Assembly (NCBI RefSeq): GCF_056712565.1
Contig: NZ_CM160072.1
Reading direction: 5' to 3' (one strand)
Length of the DNA: 64,000 bases
Below the pieces are notes generated by a model, which saw only the letters and a program-made list of their open reading frames with translations, was not told where the DNA came from and did no database searches. Made by a program: the position numbers and the translations under genes. Positions 19,482-30,917 of this stretch are shown here, one piece after another. Numbering within the stretch: position 1 is the stretch's first letter; every line of letters begins with the position of its first letter.

Positions 19482-20954
19482 TTACTTACTTTTCTTGATA
19501 TGCTTCATCAGACGCTTACGTTTACGCATCTGGGTTGGCGTCAGGGTGTTACGCTTGTTCGCATACGGGTTTTCCCCTTCTTTGAACTGAATACGAATCG
19601 GCGATCCCATTACGTCCAGCGATTTGCGGAAGTAGTTCATCAGGTAACGCTTGTAGGAATCAGGCAGGTCTTTCACCTGATTGCCGTGAATCACCACAAT
19701 CGGCGGGTTATAACCCCCGGCGTGGGCGTATTTCAGCTTCACACGACGACCGCGTACCAGCGGTGGTTGGTGATCTTCAACAGCCATCGTCATGATGCGC
19801 GTCAGCATAGAGGTCCCCACACGACGGGTGGAGCTGTCATACGCTTCACGTACTGATTCAAACAAGTTACCAACACCACTGCCGTGCAAGGCAGAGATAA
19901 AGTGCACACGAGCAAAATCGATAAAGCCCAGACGGAAGTCCAGCGTCTCTTTCACCTGCTCTTTCACTTCCTGGCTCAGGCCGTCCCACTTGTTCACTAC
20001 AATCACAAGTGAGCGCCCACTATTGAGAATAAAGCCCAGCAAGGAGAGATCCTGATCGGAAATACCTTCACGCGCATCAATCACCAACATCACCACGTTG
20101 GCATCTTCAATGGCCTGCAACGTTTTGATTACCGAGAATTTCTCTACCGCATCGGTGATTTTGCCGCGTTTACGTACGCCAGCGGTGTCAATGAGCACAT
20201 ACTCACGTCCGTCGCGTTCCATTGGAATGTAGATACTGTCACGCGTCGTGCCAGGCATGTCGTAAACAACAACGCGCTCTTCACCAAGAATACGGTTAGT
20301 GAGTGTAGACTTACCTACGTTCGGGCGACCCACAATCGCCAGTTTGATCGGCAGACTTTGCGGGTCGAAGTCGTCTTCCTCTTCTTCTTCGCCGTTCTCT
20401 TCCGCTTCAAATTGCGCCCAGTATTCGGCGTCTTCGTCGACTTCTTCTTGCGGTGCGAGATCTTCCATCCACGGCAGCAGCACGTGCTCCAGCAGACTTA
20501 ATACGCCACGACCGTGAGACGCGGCGATCGGGTAGATTTCACCTAAACCAAGCGCGTAGAAATCAACCACTGCCTGATCGGGATCCAGACCGTCAGTTTT
20601 GTTTGCCACCAGGAAGGTCGGTTTTTCACGGGAGCGCAGATGTTTAGCAATCGCTTCATCCGCCGGCATCAGGCCCGAGCGCGCATCCACCATAAACAGT
20701 ACGACGTCCGCTTCTTCAATCGCCAGCAGCGACTGTTCCGCCATGCGGGTTTCTACACCGTCTTCTGTGCCATCAATCCCGCCGGTATCAATGCAGATAA
20801 ACTCACGGCCTTCAATTTCCGCACGACCGTACTTACGGTCACGAGTCAGACCCGGGAAATCCGCAACCAGCGCATCTCGGGTGCGAGTTAGACGGTTAAA
20901 TAACGTGGATTTTCCTACGTTAGGGCGCCCGACAAGCGCGACCACAGGTACCAT
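19482..20954 (-). CDS. der: Ribosome-associated GTPase Der (EngA), tandem GTP-binding domains
   Basis: Translation from [22 protein letters not shown]... with a second P-loop [13 protein letters not shown]. The track ORF has a 13-codon upstream extension; ATG at 20952-20954 with GAGG RBS is taken as the start. Confidence 0.95.
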   Translation of the reverse strand: MVPVVALVGRPNVGKSTLFNRLTRTRDALVADFPGLTRDRKYGRAEIEGREFICIDTGGIDGTEDGVETRMAEQSLLAIEEADVVLFMVDARSGLMPADEAIAKHLRSREKPTFLVANKTDGLDPDQAVVDFYALGLGEIYPIAASHGRGVLSLLEHVLLPWMEDLAPQEEVDEDAEYWAQFEAEENGEEEEEDDFDPQSLPIKLAIVGRPNVGKSTLTNRILGEERVVVYDMPGTTRDSIYIPMERDGREYVLIDTAGVRKRGKITDAVEKFSVIKTLQAIEDANVVMLVIDAREGISDQDLSLLGFILNSGRSLVIVVNKWDGLSQEVKEQVKETLDFRLGFIDFARVHFISALHGSGVGNLFESVREAYDSSTRRVGTSMLTRIMTMAVEDHQPPLVRGRRVKLKYAHAGGYNPPIVVIHGNQVKDLPDSYKRYLMNYFRKSLDVMGSPIRIQFKEGENPYANKRNTLTPTQMRKRKRLMKHIKKSK

Positions 20955-21010
20955 GTTTAAAGCCTCATTTTTATAAATCATCAGACAACGCACGCTATAT
21001 TCGTGTCGTT

Positions 21011-21050
21011 GTTAAAAACAGGAAAACGGCCCCTGTCCAGGAGCCGTTTT
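21011..21050 (-). terminator. Hairpin plus T-run between bamB and der (possible intra-operon attenuator / terminator)
   Basis: On the minus strand: aaaacggctcctggacaggggccgtttt followed by cctgttttt. Confidence 0.35.
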
Positions 21051-21071
21051 CAAAGTGAACGACAGAGACGA

Positions 21072-22250
21072 TTAACGTGTAATAGAGTACACGGTTCCGT
21101 CTTTTGCCTGGATCAGCAGTTTGCCGTCAGCGGCAACCGGTTCAGTCTGGAAACCAGAACTATCAACTTTTTGCTGGGCAACGAAACGACCATCTTCGAC
21201 GTTAATCCAGTGCAGATAACCTTCGCTGTCACCTACCACCAGGTTGCCATTATACAGCACCGGAGAAGTCAGCAGGCGATGCAGCAGATCGCTTTGTGTC
21301 CACAGCGTAACGCCGCCATCAATGGTCAACGCCATCACCCGGTCATTTTGATCGACCAGATAGATGCGATTGCCGTCGACGATGAAATCATTCACCGAAC
21401 CCAGTTCGCGTTTCCACATAATCTGACCGCTGCGCAGATCAAGCGCCGTCAGGTTACCATTATAGGCCAGCGCGAAAACAACGCCGTTAACAACGACGGG
21501 AGTCGTGTCAACATCGCTCAGACGGTCAATTTCGGTAGAACCGGTCGCCTGGGAAATACGCTGCTGCCAAATCATCTGGCCCTGTTCCATCAGCACTGCG
21601 CTGACGCGACCATTATCGCCACCCACGACGGCCGCACCAAAAGCCGTTGCCGGCGCAGACTCGCCACGCAAAGAGAGCGAAGGCATATCGAGGTTAACTG
21701 TCCATTTGACAGCGCCGTCAGCTTCGTTCAGCGCTTGTAACTGACCGTTACTGGTGTGGATTAACACCAGACCGTCGCTGACCACCGGGCGCGAAAGTGC
21801 TTCACCCGCGACTTTAGTTTGCCATGCCACAGTACCATCGCTGGTATTCAGCGCGTAAACCTGCGCCTTTTCGGTGCCAATGTAGACATGCCCACCAGAC
21901 ACGGTCACGCCGCCAGAAAGTAATGCAGGATCTTTAGAGAACCAGCCATCTTTCTCGGCCAGGTTGACAGACCAGATTTCTTTGCCGTCATCCGCATTCA
22001 GCGCTTTTACTAAACCAGCGCGGTCCGCTGCATAGACAACGTTGTCCGCCAGTGCCGGATGAAGATTGGAATAGAAGTTGCCAATGCCGCTACCAACGGA
22101 AGTGCTCCACGCAGTAGTCGGCGTAAACTGGTTTTCAACGGTTGGCAATGGGGACATCTTTACCACATCTTCTTCGCTGTTAAACAGCGAACAGCCGCTT
22201 AAAAGGGTAACGGAAAGCAGTCCTGGCAGCAGTAATTTACGCAATTGCAT
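21072..22250 (-). CDS. bamB: Outer membrane protein assembly factor BamB (PQQ-like beta-propeller lipoprotein)
   Basis: 392 aa, MQLRKLLLPGLLSVTLLSGC lipobox, repeated propeller blades. Confidence 0.95.
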   Translation of the reverse strand: MQLRKLLLPGLLSVTLLSGCSLFNSEEDVVKMSPLPTVENQFTPTTAWSTSVGSGIGNFYSNLHPALADNVVYAADRAGLVKALNADDGKEIWSVNLAEKDGWFSKDPALLSGGVTVSGGHVYIGTEKAQVYALNTSDGTVAWQTKVAGEALSRPVVSDGLVLIHTSNGQLQALNEADGAVKWTVNLDMPSLSLRGESAPATAFGAAVVGGDNGRVSAVLMEQGQMIWQQRISQATGSTEIDRLSDVDTTPVVVNGVVFALAYNGNLTALDLRSGQIMWKRELGSVNDFIVDGNRIYLVDQNDRVMALTIDGGVTLWTQSDLLHRLLTSPVLYNGNLVVGDSEGYLHWINVEDGRFVAQQKVDSSGFQTEPVAADGKLLIQAKDGTVYSITR

Positions 22251-22260
22251 CGGGTCCCTC

Positions 22261-22881
22261 TCAGATGGACAAATTATTAATTTTCATCTGCATCATTTCG
22301 CTCAGTGCCGGGGTAACATCGCTTTTCACGCCTGCTTCCCATGCACTACGCGCACCTTGCTTATCACCTTTGCTCAGCAATGCTTCACCACGCAGGTCGG
22401 CAACAATGGCAGCCCACCCTTCACCTTTGATAGCATCAAGGGTTTTTAGCGCGGCATCAGCCTGCTTGAGCTGTACCTGAACGCGAGCAAGACGCAGATT
22501 TATCACGGCTTTGAGATTTTCATCGCTCGTGTCTGCCAGCCCCTGTTGTAACTGGGCGGCAGCTTTCTCTAGTTCATTTTTGTCAACAAATTGCTGCGCA
22601 AGTTCCAAAGAAGCCAGCGCACCATAAGTATTTTTATTTTCAGCAGCAAATTTTTCCGCCGCTGGGATGCTATCCGGTTTGCCTTCGCTCACTGCGGTAA
22701 CCGCATTTTGATAGGCAAGAGAAGCGGAGCGTGCAGAATCAACCTGATGGCTGTTCCAGTAGCGCCAGCCAATCAGTGCGCCAACGCCCAAAATCACCCC
22801 AACAGCCAGTGCTTTGCCATTTTCAGCAAAAAAGCGTTTAACCGCTTCAACCTGGTCGTTTTCGTTCTCGTAAATTTCCAC
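22261..22881 (-). CDS. yfgM: Membrane-anchored TPR-like protein YfgM
   Basis: 206 aa, (M)EIYENENDQVEAVKRFFAENGKALAVGVILGVGALIGW...; GTG start. Confidence 0.9.
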   Translation of the reverse strand: MEIYENENDQVEAVKRFFAENGKALAVGVILGVGALIGWRYWNSHQVDSARSASLAYQNAVTAVSEGKPDSIPAAEKFAAENKNTYGALASLELAQQFVDKNELEKAAAQLQQGLADTSDENLKAVINLRLARVQVQLKQADAALKTLDAIKGEGWAAIVADLRGEALLSKGDKQGARSAWEAGVKSDVTPALSEMMQMKINNLSI

Positions 22882-22898
22882 GCTGTCCTTCTCCTTCC

Positions 22899-24173
22899 TT
22901 AACCCAGTAACGTGCGCAAATGCGCGGCTACGCTATCCTGCGCAACTGCAGTTTGCTCACCAGAGCGCAAATCCTTCACTACTGCTGTGCCGTTAGCCAC
23001 TTCAGACTCACCCAGCACCACAGCAACGCGGGCACCCCATTTATCAGCACGGGCAAACTGTTTCTTAAAGTTGCCGCCGCCGTGGTTGGTCATCAGTTTC
23101 ACGCCCGGTAATTCATCACGCAGACGCTCTGCTAATGCCATAGCCGCAGATTGTGTGTCAGCACCTGAAGCCACCAGGTATATATCGACAACAGGATCGG
23201 CTTTAAATTCCGGATTAACGGCCTGAACTAACAATACAAGACGTTCGAGGCCCATCGCAAAACCGACTGCCGGTGTTGCACGACCACCCAGTTGTTCCAC
23301 CAGACCGTCATAACGACCACCTGCACACACGGTGCCCTGGGAACCGAGGCTGTTAGTCACCCACTCGAAAACGGTACGGTTATAGTAATCCAGACCGCGC
23401 ACCAGACGCTGGTTTACGGTGTAAGCGATCCCCGCGCTCTCAAGCAGTTTGCACAGACCGGCAAAGTGCTCACGAGATTCCTCGTCCAGATAATCGCCTA
23501 ATGCCGGAGCGTCGTTGAGAAGCGCCTGCACTTCCGGATTTTTTGAATCCAGTACGCGCAACGGGTTAGTGTACATGCGGCGTTTGCAGTCTTCGTCCAG
23601 CTTTTCTTTATGCTGCTCAAGGAATGCCACCAGCGCATCGCGGTAATTCGCACGAGCTTCCAGCGAACCGATAGAGTTCAGCTCAAGAGTTACGTGCTCG
23701 GAAATACCCAGCGCGCGCCACCAGCGGGCAGTGAGCATAATCAGTTCGGCGTCGATATCCGGACCTTGCAGACCGAAAACTTCGCAGCCCAACTGATGGA
23801 ACTGACGATAACGCCCTTTCTGCGGACGCTCGTGACGGAACATAGGCCCGATATACCACAGACGCTGTTCCTGATTGTACAGAAGACCATGCTCGATGCC
23901 GGCGCGTACACAGCCCGCCGTCCCTTCAGGGCGCAGAGTCAGGCTGTCGCCATTGCGATCCTCAAAGGTGTACATCTCTTTTTCAACCACGTCGGTGACT
24001 TCACCAATCGCACGTTTGAATAGCGGGGTCTGCTCTACAATCGGCAAGCGGATTTCACTGTAACCGTAGCTGCCGAGCACGTTTTTCAGTGTGCCTTCAA
24101 TGCGCTGCCAGATGGCCGTTTCGCCAGGCAGGTAATCGTTCATGCCGCGAATGGCTTGAATGTTTTTTGCCAC
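22899..24173 (-). CDS. hisS: Histidine--tRNA ligase
   Basis: 424 aa, (M)[26 protein letters not shown]...; class II aaRS motifs; GTG start. Confidence 0.95.
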
Positions 24174-24283
24174 GTTTATTCTCTTTCTGAATATAAAAAT
24201 GAACCCTCAACGCTTCCCTCAATGTTTCGGGAGCCATGCGGGTTCAATCATACACGGGAAGCGAGGCGCTTCCCATCACGTTA

Positions 24284-25402
24284 TTATTTTTCAACCTGCT
24301 GAACGTCAATTCGACGCGCTTCGTCCAGCTGACTGGCTTTCGCACGAATGCGCGCTTCCAGCTGATCGATCATATCGTTGTTGTCCAGACGGTCTTTGCG
24401 CACGCCATCTTCATAGAGGCCGCTTTTCTTGTTGCCGCCAGTGACGCCGAGTGTAGAAACCAGCGCCTCACCAGGGCCATTCACCACGCAGCCGATAATC
24501 GAAACGTCCATCGGAGTGATGATATCTTCCAGGCGTTGCTCCAGCGCGTTAACCGTACCGATAACATCAAATTCCTGACGCGAACAGGTCGGGCAGGCGA
24601 TGAAGTTGATCCCGCGCGAACGGATACGCAGCGATTTCAAAATATCGAAACCGACTTTGATCTCTTCGACCGGATCGGCCGCCAGCGATACGCGCAGCGT
24701 GTCGCCGATGCCTTCAGACAGCAGCAGACCTAAACCAATAGCGGATTTTACTGCCCCGCTACGCGCACCACCGGCTTCGGTGATCCCCAGATGCAGCGGC
24801 TGATCGATTTGTTTTGCCAGCAAACGATAAGACTCAACAGCGAGGAAGACGTCAGACGCTTTCACGCTGACTTTGAACTGATCGAAGTTCAGGCGATCGA
24901 GATGATCAACATGACGCATGGCAGATTCCAGCAACGCCTGCGGCGTCGGTTCGCCATACTTTTCTTGCAGATCTTTTTCCAACGATCCGGCATTAACGCC
25001 AATACGGATCGGAATGTTTTTATCGCGCGCACAGTCAACCACCATGCGAATACGCTCTTCATTACCGATATTGCCAGGGTTAATACGCAGACAATCGACG
25101 CCGTATTCCGCTACTTTCAGCGCAATGCGATAGTCGAAGTGGATGTCAGCCACCAGCGGCACGTTAACCTGCTGTTTGATGAGTTTGAACGCTTCTGCCG
25201 CGTCCATCGTCGGTACGGAGACACGGACGATATCAGCGCCAACACGTTCCAGCGCCTTGATTTGATTGACCGTTGCTTCGACGTCTGTCGTACGCGTATT
25301 GGTCATGGACTGTACGGCGATGGGAGCACCATCGCCAATCGGCACATTCCCAACGTAAATACGTGTTGATTTTCTACGTTGAATTGGAGCCTGGTTATGC
25401 AT
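24284..25402 (-). CDS. ispG: 4-hydroxy-3-methylbut-2-en-1-yl diphosphate synthase (IspG/GcpE)
   Basis: 372 aa, [36 protein letters not shown]...; Cys ligands CPTCSR...C....C. Confidence 0.95.
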
Positions 25403-25428
25403 GAAAAATCTCCCGCGTTACCCGTCTG

Positions 25429-26436
25429 TTACTGCGCCGGTGATTGTTCGGCATTGAGGGTCAGACGCGCAACCTGGTTAGTTCTGATAAAACGACTCAG
25501 ATCGACAGGTTTCCCTTGATACTGGATCTGTACTGCGGCTGGCGCACCAATTTTCAGTTTGTACGGTGCCTGGCCGGTTAAGTTCAAATTACCGTCTTTA
25601 CGCTGCATACCGCTAAACAGTTTTTTACCGGTAGCATCGGTGACTTCCAGCCAGCAATCGGCAGTAAAGTTCATCACCAGCGCATTCGGGTCAACCGCCG
25701 GCGTGGTCACGCCAGCCTGATCGGTTGGCAACGGCGCAGCGCCATCTGGTGTTGTTGTTGCCGCTGGTGCCGGAGTCGCAGCGGTATCAACATTTGCCTG
25801 CGAAGGTGGAACAACCGCATTCTGTTGCGGATCAACAGCTGGTGCTGGCGCAGTTACGGCAGGTGTTTGCGTGTTGGTTGCGGTGGTATCCACAGGTGAT
25901 GTCGGCGTGGTCGCCATAGCCTGATCTGTGGTTGTCGACGTATCTAACGGTACACTCTGGCTTTGATTATTATTCAGTTCCGCAGAAGATTGATCGGCCA
26001 TAGTGGTGATCTCTTCCTGCTGAGCTTTGTGGTCTTGCCACCACCAGGCACCGCTCAGGCCAATAACCACAAACAACACCAGCCAGGTGAAGGTCATCAG
26101 CCAGCCGTCACGTTTTTTGCGGCGTTTACCGAGGGAAAAACTCTGCATCGGCGCAACTTTTGCAGCCCGTAGTGGAGCCTGCTTTTCCAGCCCTGGCAGC
26201 AGTTCTTCTTCTGGAATATGTACCAGACGCGCATAAGAGCGGATATATCCGCGCAGGAATGTTGAAGCAAGATCGGCAGGTGCCTTATCTTCTTCAATGT
26301 CGCGTACCGTGGAAACCTTCAGGCAAAGTCGCTCGGCAACGGCCTGTTGACTAAGTCCTAGTTGTTCGCGAGCATTACGCAGGCGAGCGCCGGTAGTAAG
26401 TGCTTCATTTTGGTCGTGCGTGGCTTCAGTATTCAT
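25429..26436 (-). CDS. rodZ: Cytoskeleton protein RodZ (HTH plus transmembrane plus periplasmic domain)
   Basis: 335 aa; N-terminal HTH ([23 protein letters not shown]), TM segment, Pro/Thr-rich linker. Confidence 0.9.
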   Translation of the reverse strand: MNTEATHDQNEALTTGARLRNAREQLGLSQQAVAERLCLKVSTVRDIEEDKAPADLASTFLRGYIRSYARLVHIPEEELLPGLEKQAPLRAAKVAPMQSFSLGKRRKKRDGWLMTFTWLVLFVVIGLSGAWWWQDHKAQQEEITTMADQSSAELNNNQSQSVPLDTSTTTDQAMATTPTSPVDTTATNTQTPAVTAPAPAVDPQQNAVVPPSQANVDTAATPAPAATTTPDGAAPLPTDQAGVTTPAVDPNALVMNFTADCWLEVTDATGKKLFSGMQRKDGNLNLTGQAPYKLKIGAPAAVQIQYQGKPVDLSRFIRTNQVARLTLNAEQSPAQ

Positions 26437-26671
26437 TCGCTGCAGGTACGTTTAAATGAGAATTGAGATGCCGGTGAACCATCATGCCCACCCACACCGC
26501 GAAACATCCGTTAAGTTAACCGTTATCATACAGTATAAGACCGTCTGTGTGCTCGTGACAAAGCCCACATTCGCTAAGGCTAACTTACTGTTGCATCGTT
26601 ACATACTGCCTTAAAGTCAGCAAAAACGCACCGTTAATATTGACCAGACAATTGCAACTTAATACTTCATT

Positions 26672-26714
26672 CATAAAAGATTACGCCACGGTACATAAAG
26701 TAACCGTGGCGTAA
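26672..26714 (-). terminator. Stem-loop immediately downstream of rlmN (putative terminator / attenuator)
   Basis: 12-bp perfect stem ttacgccacggt / accgtggcgtaa with a 10-nt loop, followed on the minus strand by tctttta. Confidence 0.35.
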
Positions 26715-26720
26715 TGGCTA

Positions 26721-27875
26721 TCAGACCGCTTTAATGTCGATGGCTTCACCCTGCATCCGCTTACGCAGAGTACGTTTCGTACGGTCGATAACATCGCCCG
26801 CCAACTGACCACAAGCAGCATCGATATCATCACCACGAGTTTTACGCACAATAGTGGTGAAACCGTAGCTCATCAGCACTTTTGAGAAACGGTCGATACG
26901 GCTGTTCGAACTGCGTCCATACGGCGCGCCCGGGAACGGGTTCCACGGGATCAGGTTGATCTTACACGGCGTATCTTTCAGTAGTTCCGCCAGTTGGTGC
27001 GCGTGTTCAGTGCCGTCGTTAACGTGGTCAAGCATCACGTATTCAATAGTGACTCGGCCCTGATTGGCGTTGGATTTCTCCAGATAACGGCGCACCGCCG
27101 CAAGGAACGTTTCGATATTGTACTTTTTGTTGATCGGCACAATCTCGTCACGAATTTCGTCGTTCGGCGCGTGCAGGGAAATTGCCAGCGCTACGTCGAT
27201 CATATCGCCCAGTTTATCCAGCGCCGGAACCACACCGGAAGTGGAAAGCGTGACGCGACGTTTTGACAGGCCAAAACCGAAATCATCAAGCATGATTTCC
27301 ATCGCCGGAACGACGTTGTTCAGGTTGAGCAGCGGCTCGCCCATACCCATCATCACTACGTTAGTGATTGGGCGCTGACCGGTGACTTTTGCTGCGCCGA
27401 CAATTTTCGCCGCACGCCACACCTGGCCGATAATTTCCGATACCCGCAGGTTGCGGTTAAAGCCCTGCTGGGCGGTGGAACAGAATTTACACTCCAGCGC
27501 ACACCCCACCTGCGAAGAGACGCAGAGCGTGGCACGGTCGTCTTCCGGGATATATACCGTTTCAACGCGCTGATCGCCAACGGCGATCGCCCATTTAATG
27601 GTGCCGTCAGATGAACGCTGTTCTTCAACCACTTCCGGTGCACGGATTTCCGCCACCTCTTTCAGTTTGCCGCGCAACACTTTATTGATGTCGGTCATCT
27701 CATCAAAGTTGTCGCAGCAATAGTGATACATCCACTTCATCACCTGATCGGCGCGGAAGGGTTTTTCACCTAAATCTTTAAAAAACTCCCGCATCTGCTG
27801 ACGGTTGAGATCCAGCAGGTTGATTTTTCCATCTTTCGTGGTGACGTTTTCAGGTGTGACTAATTGTTCAGACAT
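26721..27875 (-). CDS. rlmN: Dual-specificity RNA methyltransferase RlmN (radical SAM)
   Basis: 384 aa, [23 protein letters not shown]...; radical-SAM Cys cluster CALECKFC. Confidence 0.95.
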
Positions 27876-28024
27876 ATGCTATTCCGGCCTCGTTATTACA
27901 CGTTATGGCCCCTGGAGGGTTGAAAAAAGAAACGCCCCGGTGAGCGGCTGCTCGTCCGGGGGCGCTGCATTGTACAAATTCTGGCGCACGGATGCCACGT
28001 TTGCACGCGGCATTTACGAAATTA

Positions 28025-28456
28025 TTAACGGGTGCGCGGGCACACTTCGCCTTCGCCGAAGAAATAAGCGATTTCGCGAGCGGCAGATTCGACGGAATCA
28101 GAACCGTGGGTACCATTTTCGGTCAGGCTGTCAGCGTAATCAGCACGCAGAGTACCGGCCAGTGCGTTTGCCGGATTGGTCGCGCCCAGCAGATCGCGGT
28201 GACGCTGAACAGCATTTTCACCTTCCAGCACGGAAACAACGATCGGGCCAGAAGTCATGAATTCAACCAGACCATCAAAGAACGGTTTTCCATCGTGTTC
28301 AGCATAAAAGCCACGAGCCTGTTCAACGGTCAGGTGCAGCATTTTGGTGCCGACAATTTTGAACCCTGCAGCTTCAAAGCGCGCAAAGATACTACCAATC
28401 ACGTTTTTTGCTACCGCGTTCGGTTTGATGATGGAAAAAGTACGTTCAATAGCCAT
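28025..28456 (-). CDS. ndk: Nucleoside diphosphate kinase
   Basis: 143 aa, [36 protein letters not shown]...; active-site NGTHGSDS. Confidence 0.96.
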
Positions 28457-28604
28457 TTTTACCTCTGTAAATTGTTCTGTTGTTGTCTGTACCAGCGTAC
28501 GAGATGGCGCGGATTATAATGAGCAACAGGGCCGTTGACTATTGATGAAGGTAACATTTTTTTAAAATAAACCCAGTTTAAGCAACAATCAGGGACAAAA
28601 CAGA

Positions 28605-30917
28605 CTATTGCATGACAAATTTCACTGTCGCTATTTGCCCCACGTCATCCATCACCAGCAATTGATAATCGCCTTTATCCGTCAAATGCAGGGTCACGTT
28701 GCGCCCACGTTCAGTTAACGGTTCGCCATTCAGAAACCACCAGCGTTCACCTGCCCCTCCACTTGATTGCAACGGCAAAGTCGCTTCCGCTGCGCCCGGT
28801 AAACGTTTAATAATCGCGCCATCGCGCACACCTGTTAGCTGCAGCGGGAGTTGTGCATCGTGACCGTATGGCGGGCAAATTGTCGAGGCCGGTGGCAAGC
28901 GCACAGCGCGACGTTCTGATGCGGGCAGCCAGGGTTCCAGCGGTAGCGGCCAGACATTTATCATTTCTTGTCGCGCCTGAGGGCAATCAGCGGCAACACG
29001 TTTGCCGTTTTCATCCAGCCAGATGGGGAAACGAATGCCATTAATGCCTTCCTGCTCCGGCAGTAATAGAGTTGGCGGCTGGCTCCCGTCCAGCAGCCAG
29101 GTTGCCAGGCGGCGGCGACAGTTACCGTCACCTTCCGGCAAAGACTGTCCGCCCGGCCAGCAGATAACGCCACGACTTACAGAGTCAGGACGTGGGTCTT
29201 CCGGCAAATTCACACTGCGCGACAGTAAGATATTATTAACCTGATTCAACAGCGGTACGGCACTGGCAAAGCCAAACTGACCAACAACGGGCGTGCCGTC
29301 CGGTCTGCCAGTCCAGATCCCAATGACATAGCGAGCGTTAACCCCAATCGCCCAGGCATCACGATAGCCATAGCTGGTGCCCGTTTTCCATGCCAGTGGG
29401 GCGACGCGCGGCAAGGCACCATCCGGCAAGGGTTGCGCTTCATCAGCCATAATCCGGCGAATGATCCACGCAGCCCCCGACGACATTAAAGGCCGTTCAA
29501 GCAGCGGATCGTCAGGCTGTAAGCGCAATTTACCTGCCTTGCCGTGGCGAGCAAACGCGGTATAGGCCGCCGCCATATCTTCCAGTTTTGCACCAGCGCC
29601 GCCGAGAATGAGCGAAAGATTCGGCGCAGCACCGTTGGGCAGATACAACGGCAATCCAACATTGCGTAATTTTGCCGCAAACCGTTTCGGTCCATAGGCT
29701 TCCAGCACCTGCACAGCTGGTAAATTCAGCGAGCGCACCAGCGCCTCGCTCATGCTGATCGGGCCATGAAAACCGCTGTCAAAGTTGCCAGGTCGGTAAT
29801 CACCGGTGCGTCTGGGGACGTCTTGCAACAGCGATGCCGGGTGGATCAAGCCTTCATCCAGCGCCAGACCATAAACAAACGGTTTGAGCACCGATCCTGG
29901 CGATCGGATCGCATTGACCATATCAACATGACCAAAGCGTGAATCATCGTTGAGATCAACTGATCCCACCCAGCCGCGAACACGCATATCGGTATGATCA
30001 ACCACGATCATCGCCAGTGAGCTGCGCGGTGGCAATCGTCCTTTCCAGTTTTGCGCCAGTTCTTCCAGACGTCGTTGAAGACCGGCATCCAGCGTAGTAA
30101 CGATTTTGTCGCTTTTGCTTTTACCGAGCATCATGCGCGAAAACAGCGGTGCCAGTTGCGGCATTTGTCGGGGTGCCAGCCAGATGGGTTCTTCCCTTGA
30201 CTCTTTTACCCGCTCACGGGACCACACACCTTGCACGGCCATCCGTTCGAGCACTTTATTACGCGCGGCTTCGGCACGCTCCGGCCAACGATCCGGGCGA
30301 AGACGGCTGGGCGCTTGCGGCAAAACCGCCAGCATTGCCGCCTCGGAATAGCTTAAATTCGCAGGCGATTTCCCGAGGTAAGCCCAACTTGCCGCACCAA
30401 TCCCCTGCAACGTACCGCCAAACGGGGCACGGTTAAGATACAAGGTCAGAATTTCACGTTTAGACAGATGCCATTCCAGTTGCAACGCGCGCCAGAGCTG
30501 GCGAATTTTGCCGCCAAACGTTTTGGGGTGAGGATCAAGCAGGCGCGCCACCTGCATGGTGAGCGTGCTGCCGCCGGAAATGACCCGACCCGACGTGAGA
30601 TCTTGCCAGGCTGCACGCGCCACCGAGAACGGATTCACCCCCGGATGCTTCCAGAACCAGCGATCTTCATAATTGATCAGCGCTTCAAGGTAACGTGGAG
30701 AAACATCTTCGATTGTTACCGGATAACGCCAGATGCCGTCAGCATCGGCGAAACGCCAGAGTGGCGTACCATCCTGCGCCACCACCACGCGTGCAGGATT
30801 CACTTCTTGCAATGGCAGAGGCCAGAGTTTATCTGCTGCCCATGCTGCCAGAATGATGATAAAAGGCGCGGCTGCCAGCATTATCCAGCAGCCGCGTTTG
30901 GTTAACAGGCGAGGCAT
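28605..30917 (-). CDS. pbpC: Penicillin-binding protein 1C (glycosyltransferase / transpeptidase)
   Basis: 770 aa; N-terminal TM, GT51 motifs (EDRWFWKHPGVNP), transpeptidase SxxK region. Start overlaps the yfhM stop. Confidence 0.9.
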   Translation of the reverse strand: MPRLLTKRGCWIMLAAAPFIIILAAWAADKLWPLPLQEVNPARVVVAQDGTPLWRFADADGIWRYPVTIEDVSPRYLEALINYEDRWFWKHPGVNPFSVARAAWQDLTSGRVISGGSTLTMQVARLLDPHPKTFGGKIRQLWRALQLEWHLSKREILTLYLNRAPFGGTLQGIGAASWAYLGKSPANLSYSEAAMLAVLPQAPSRLRPDRWPERAEAARNKVLERMAVQGVWSRERVKESREEPIWLAPRQMPQLAPLFSRMMLGKSKSDKIVTTLDAGLQRRLEELAQNWKGRLPPRSSLAMIVVDHTDMRVRGWVGSVDLNDDSRFGHVDMVNAIRSPGSVLKPFVYGLALDEGLIHPASLLQDVPRRTGDYRPGNFDSGFHGPISMSEALVRSLNLPAVQVLEAYGPKRFAAKLRNVGLPLYLPNGAAPNLSLILGGAGAKLEDMAAAYTAFARHGKAGKLRLQPDDPLLERPLMSSGAAWIIRRIMADEAQPLPDGALPRVAPLAWKTGTSYGYRDAWAIGVNARYVIGIWTGRPDGTPVVGQFGFASAVPLLNQVNNILLSRSVNLPEDPRPDSVSRGVICWPGGQSLPEGDGNCRRRLATWLLDGSQPPTLLLPEQEGINGIRFPIWLDENGKRVAADCPQARQEMINVWPLPLEPWLPASERRAVRLPPASTICPPYGHDAQLPLQLTGVRDGAIIKRLPGAAEATLPLQSSGGAGERWWFLNGEPLTERGRNVTLHLTDKGDYQLLVMDDVGQIATVKFVMQ

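Noticed and set aside
21003-21740. 245-aa plus-strand ORF
   Set aside because: Antisense to bamB.
24252-24272. Hairpin gggaagcg-agg-cgcttccc downstream of ispG
   Set aside because: Not followed by a U-tract on the transcribed (minus) strand; the T-run is on the plus strand where no gene reads through, so its role is unclear.
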